A stretch of DNA of 64,000 nucleotides from the NCBI GenBank assembly GCA_003971905.1, contig RSEE01000074.1:124001-188000 (forward strand), read 5' to 3'. The position numbers were made by a program, and so were the translations under genes. The stretch is from Moniliella sp. 'wahieum'. Its lineage: Eukaryota. This document shows, piece after piece, positions 62,196 through 64,000 of the stretch (within the stretch, counting starts at the first letter, position 1; every line of letters begins with the position of its first letter). The notes below the pieces were generated by a model. That model saw only the letters and a program-made list of their open reading frames with translations, did no database searches and had not been told where the DNA came from.

Positions 62196-62905
62196 CGCAG
62201 CTGTTGTGTCCGTTGCTGGTACGGATGCTGCTACGGATGCCGCTGCCAATGGATGCGATGCTGGGCGCCGCTTAGGGATGTGGTGTTCCCCCCAGTATGG
62301 GTTAGCCAACCGGCAGCATCCTTCGCCGCTTAGCTCAGCCACGGTGCAACCAGCCTGTGCTTATATTTACCCCGCCAATGTAATGTTGCGCCAGACCGGC
62401 TCGCCGCAAAATCATTGGTCAGATGCTCACCTGTCACCGGTCACGGGCGGTGGAAGAAGAAAAGCTAGTAGGACCAACTGACCAAGACGAACGAGCTTGG
62501 AGGAGGAACAAAAGATCCAGTGCGAGTAGGGCCGGGGCACGGAAAAGAGACGAGAGGGGTAAGCTAACACGGGGGGCAAAGGAAGGCGCAGGTGTGTGGA
62601 AACAGCAGGGGATAGTGCCGCAGAGAGGGTCTATCTATATGTATGTGTGGTGATGAGATTCATCATCTCTCATGCCTCTCTCCAGCCCACCAACATGCGA
62701 CCTTCTTAGGGGAACCATCGCGTATCCTTCAGCCGCCAGTGGGCGAAGCGTAACGCTGACCTGGCCGTTTCGCCTTTCTTCGTCCCGGCGACGAGTCCTC
62801 ACCCCCGCGTGTCCTACATTTTACTATCACAATCTCATCTTCGCCTTAGTGCACACAAGTCGAGAACACAGGAAAGAAGCTGACGATCCATTATAGCTTG
62901 ACGCA

Positions 62906-64000
62906 TTACAACGCCTTGAGGATGCCATCCACCAGAGCCACCACGCCCCATGCACCGGGTCAGGCGGCGCGTCCTTCACTTCTCCTACGTAAGTAGCGCG
63001 GCCAAGACGAGCGGTCTGGGTGCGGGTGGCCTCGGCTCCCTTACGTGCCGCCTCGACCGCCTCCTTGAATGAGCCGGACTTGGCAAACGTGCGGCAAACG
63101 GGTCCAAGGCATCCACCAAGGTCCGCATTCCTGGGCGGGCCGGCGTGTGATGACCCAGCGACTCGAGCGCCTGGAGCAAGGCGGTGGACCATTCCTTTGA
63201 CGTCGCTTCCGCGCCCTTGGGCGCCGACGCAATCACGCTCTTGGCCAACGACGTAAAGAAGAGGGCATACAGTGCCCCACTGGTACCACCCATATTGTGC
63301 TCAATCACCTCGTCCACCGACAAGCACGTCCCTCCCGCCGACTTGAAGTCCAATTCTCCCTGTTCGGTCGGCCGCCTTCTTGACCGCCTTGGCTGCCTGG
63401 GCCAGCGTCTCCCCGCATCGCCATCGCCCACGACCGTGTCAAAGCGCGTCATGTCGGGCTCGGCGGCACGGCGGCATCGCAGGCCGAGATGATCACCTTC
63501 TTGACCAATTCGGGCGAAGGGTTGATCGGTCCCCCGGGTCCGACGCTGCCTGCGGGGCAGAAACTGACGTCTTCTTCGCCTGGGCCTTCTTGAGCGTCTC
63601 CCTGGCCTCGGCCAGTTCTTGCTACGGTCCCGTGGCTTGCCCGTCGCGCCTGACCAGCCATGCGCCACGCCGGCCCACCCCGAGCATCCGTCGGCGCATC
63701 CAACAACGCCAACAAGTCCACCCCAGTCTTCTTCTGGAACGCACGTTGGTTCACCAAGGTAATCCCAAAGCCGGGCGCATTGAGCGACGTCATGTAGGGG
63801 TGGGCATACACGCGGCTCGGGTACAGGCCATACCCTTCCAGTGACCCAGAACCTCATCCACAACCGCGCTAATTTCGAGGTTGGACAGCCCTCCGAGGTT
63901 GTTGATCGCCACAATGGGCGCATCCTCCTTGTCAAACGCCACATACGCCCGGTCCTTATCGGTGGGGTCGAGAAGGTACTTGAGCATCTCCTTGATCAGT
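62906..64000 (-). CDS. DAK1: Dihydroxyacetone kinase (end of Dak1 domain plus Dak2 domain); 5' part lies outside the window
   Basis: VAINNLGGLSNLEI, YMTSLNAPGFGITL, FDTVVGDGDAG, MGGTSGALYALFF, ARPGMRTLVDALDPF, ARLGRATYV..PPDPGAWG. Confidence 0.93.

Noticed and set aside
1..64000. tRNA, rRNA genes, TPP riboswitch or intact transposon
   Set aside because: No cloverleaf/T-loop context, rRNA sequence, TPP aptamer core, or transposase/RT motifs seen by eye; tRNAscan-SE, Infernal and RepeatMasker would be needed to exclude them formally

Overview
Gene-dense, GC-rich eukaryotic DNA from a basidiomycete fungus, most likely an Ustilaginomycotina yeast or smut relative. The basis is short GT-AG introns with CTRAC branch points, few introns per gene and fungal orthologues. 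About 22 protein-coding genes are recognisable: choline oxidase-type GMC oxidoreductase, SSUH2-like zinc finger, Mob4/phocein, CUB1/DUF2408, a J-domain protein, RPL8, HUL5/UBE3C HECT ligase, SAS10/UTP3, a DHA1 MFS transporter, CSL4, COX11, amidohydrolase-3, DRE2, a secreted protein, an LtrA-family protein, CWH43, a GNAT, an ABM-domain protein, PPS1 phosphatase, a PPR-like mitochondrial protein and the 3' part of dihydroxyacetone kinase. Nearly all of them, essential genes included, are broken by 1-2 bp indels, which I read as uncorrected assembly errors, so many boundaries are approximate. The most interesting features the ORF track does not explain are: (1) an intron-encoded box C/D snoRNA (snR13/U15 type) in an apparently non-coding host transcript divergent from CSL4; (2) a vocabulary of intergenic 7-bp-period arrays built from different 6-bp palindromes plus one spacer base; (3) a perfect PTS2 peroxisomal signal on the choline oxidase; (4) a shared GGCGGAAC + RRPE-like promoter module at two ribosome-biogenesis loci; (5) a bacterial-looking ABM gene carrying an intron. 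All family assignments come from recognising motifs by eye; no database search was run.
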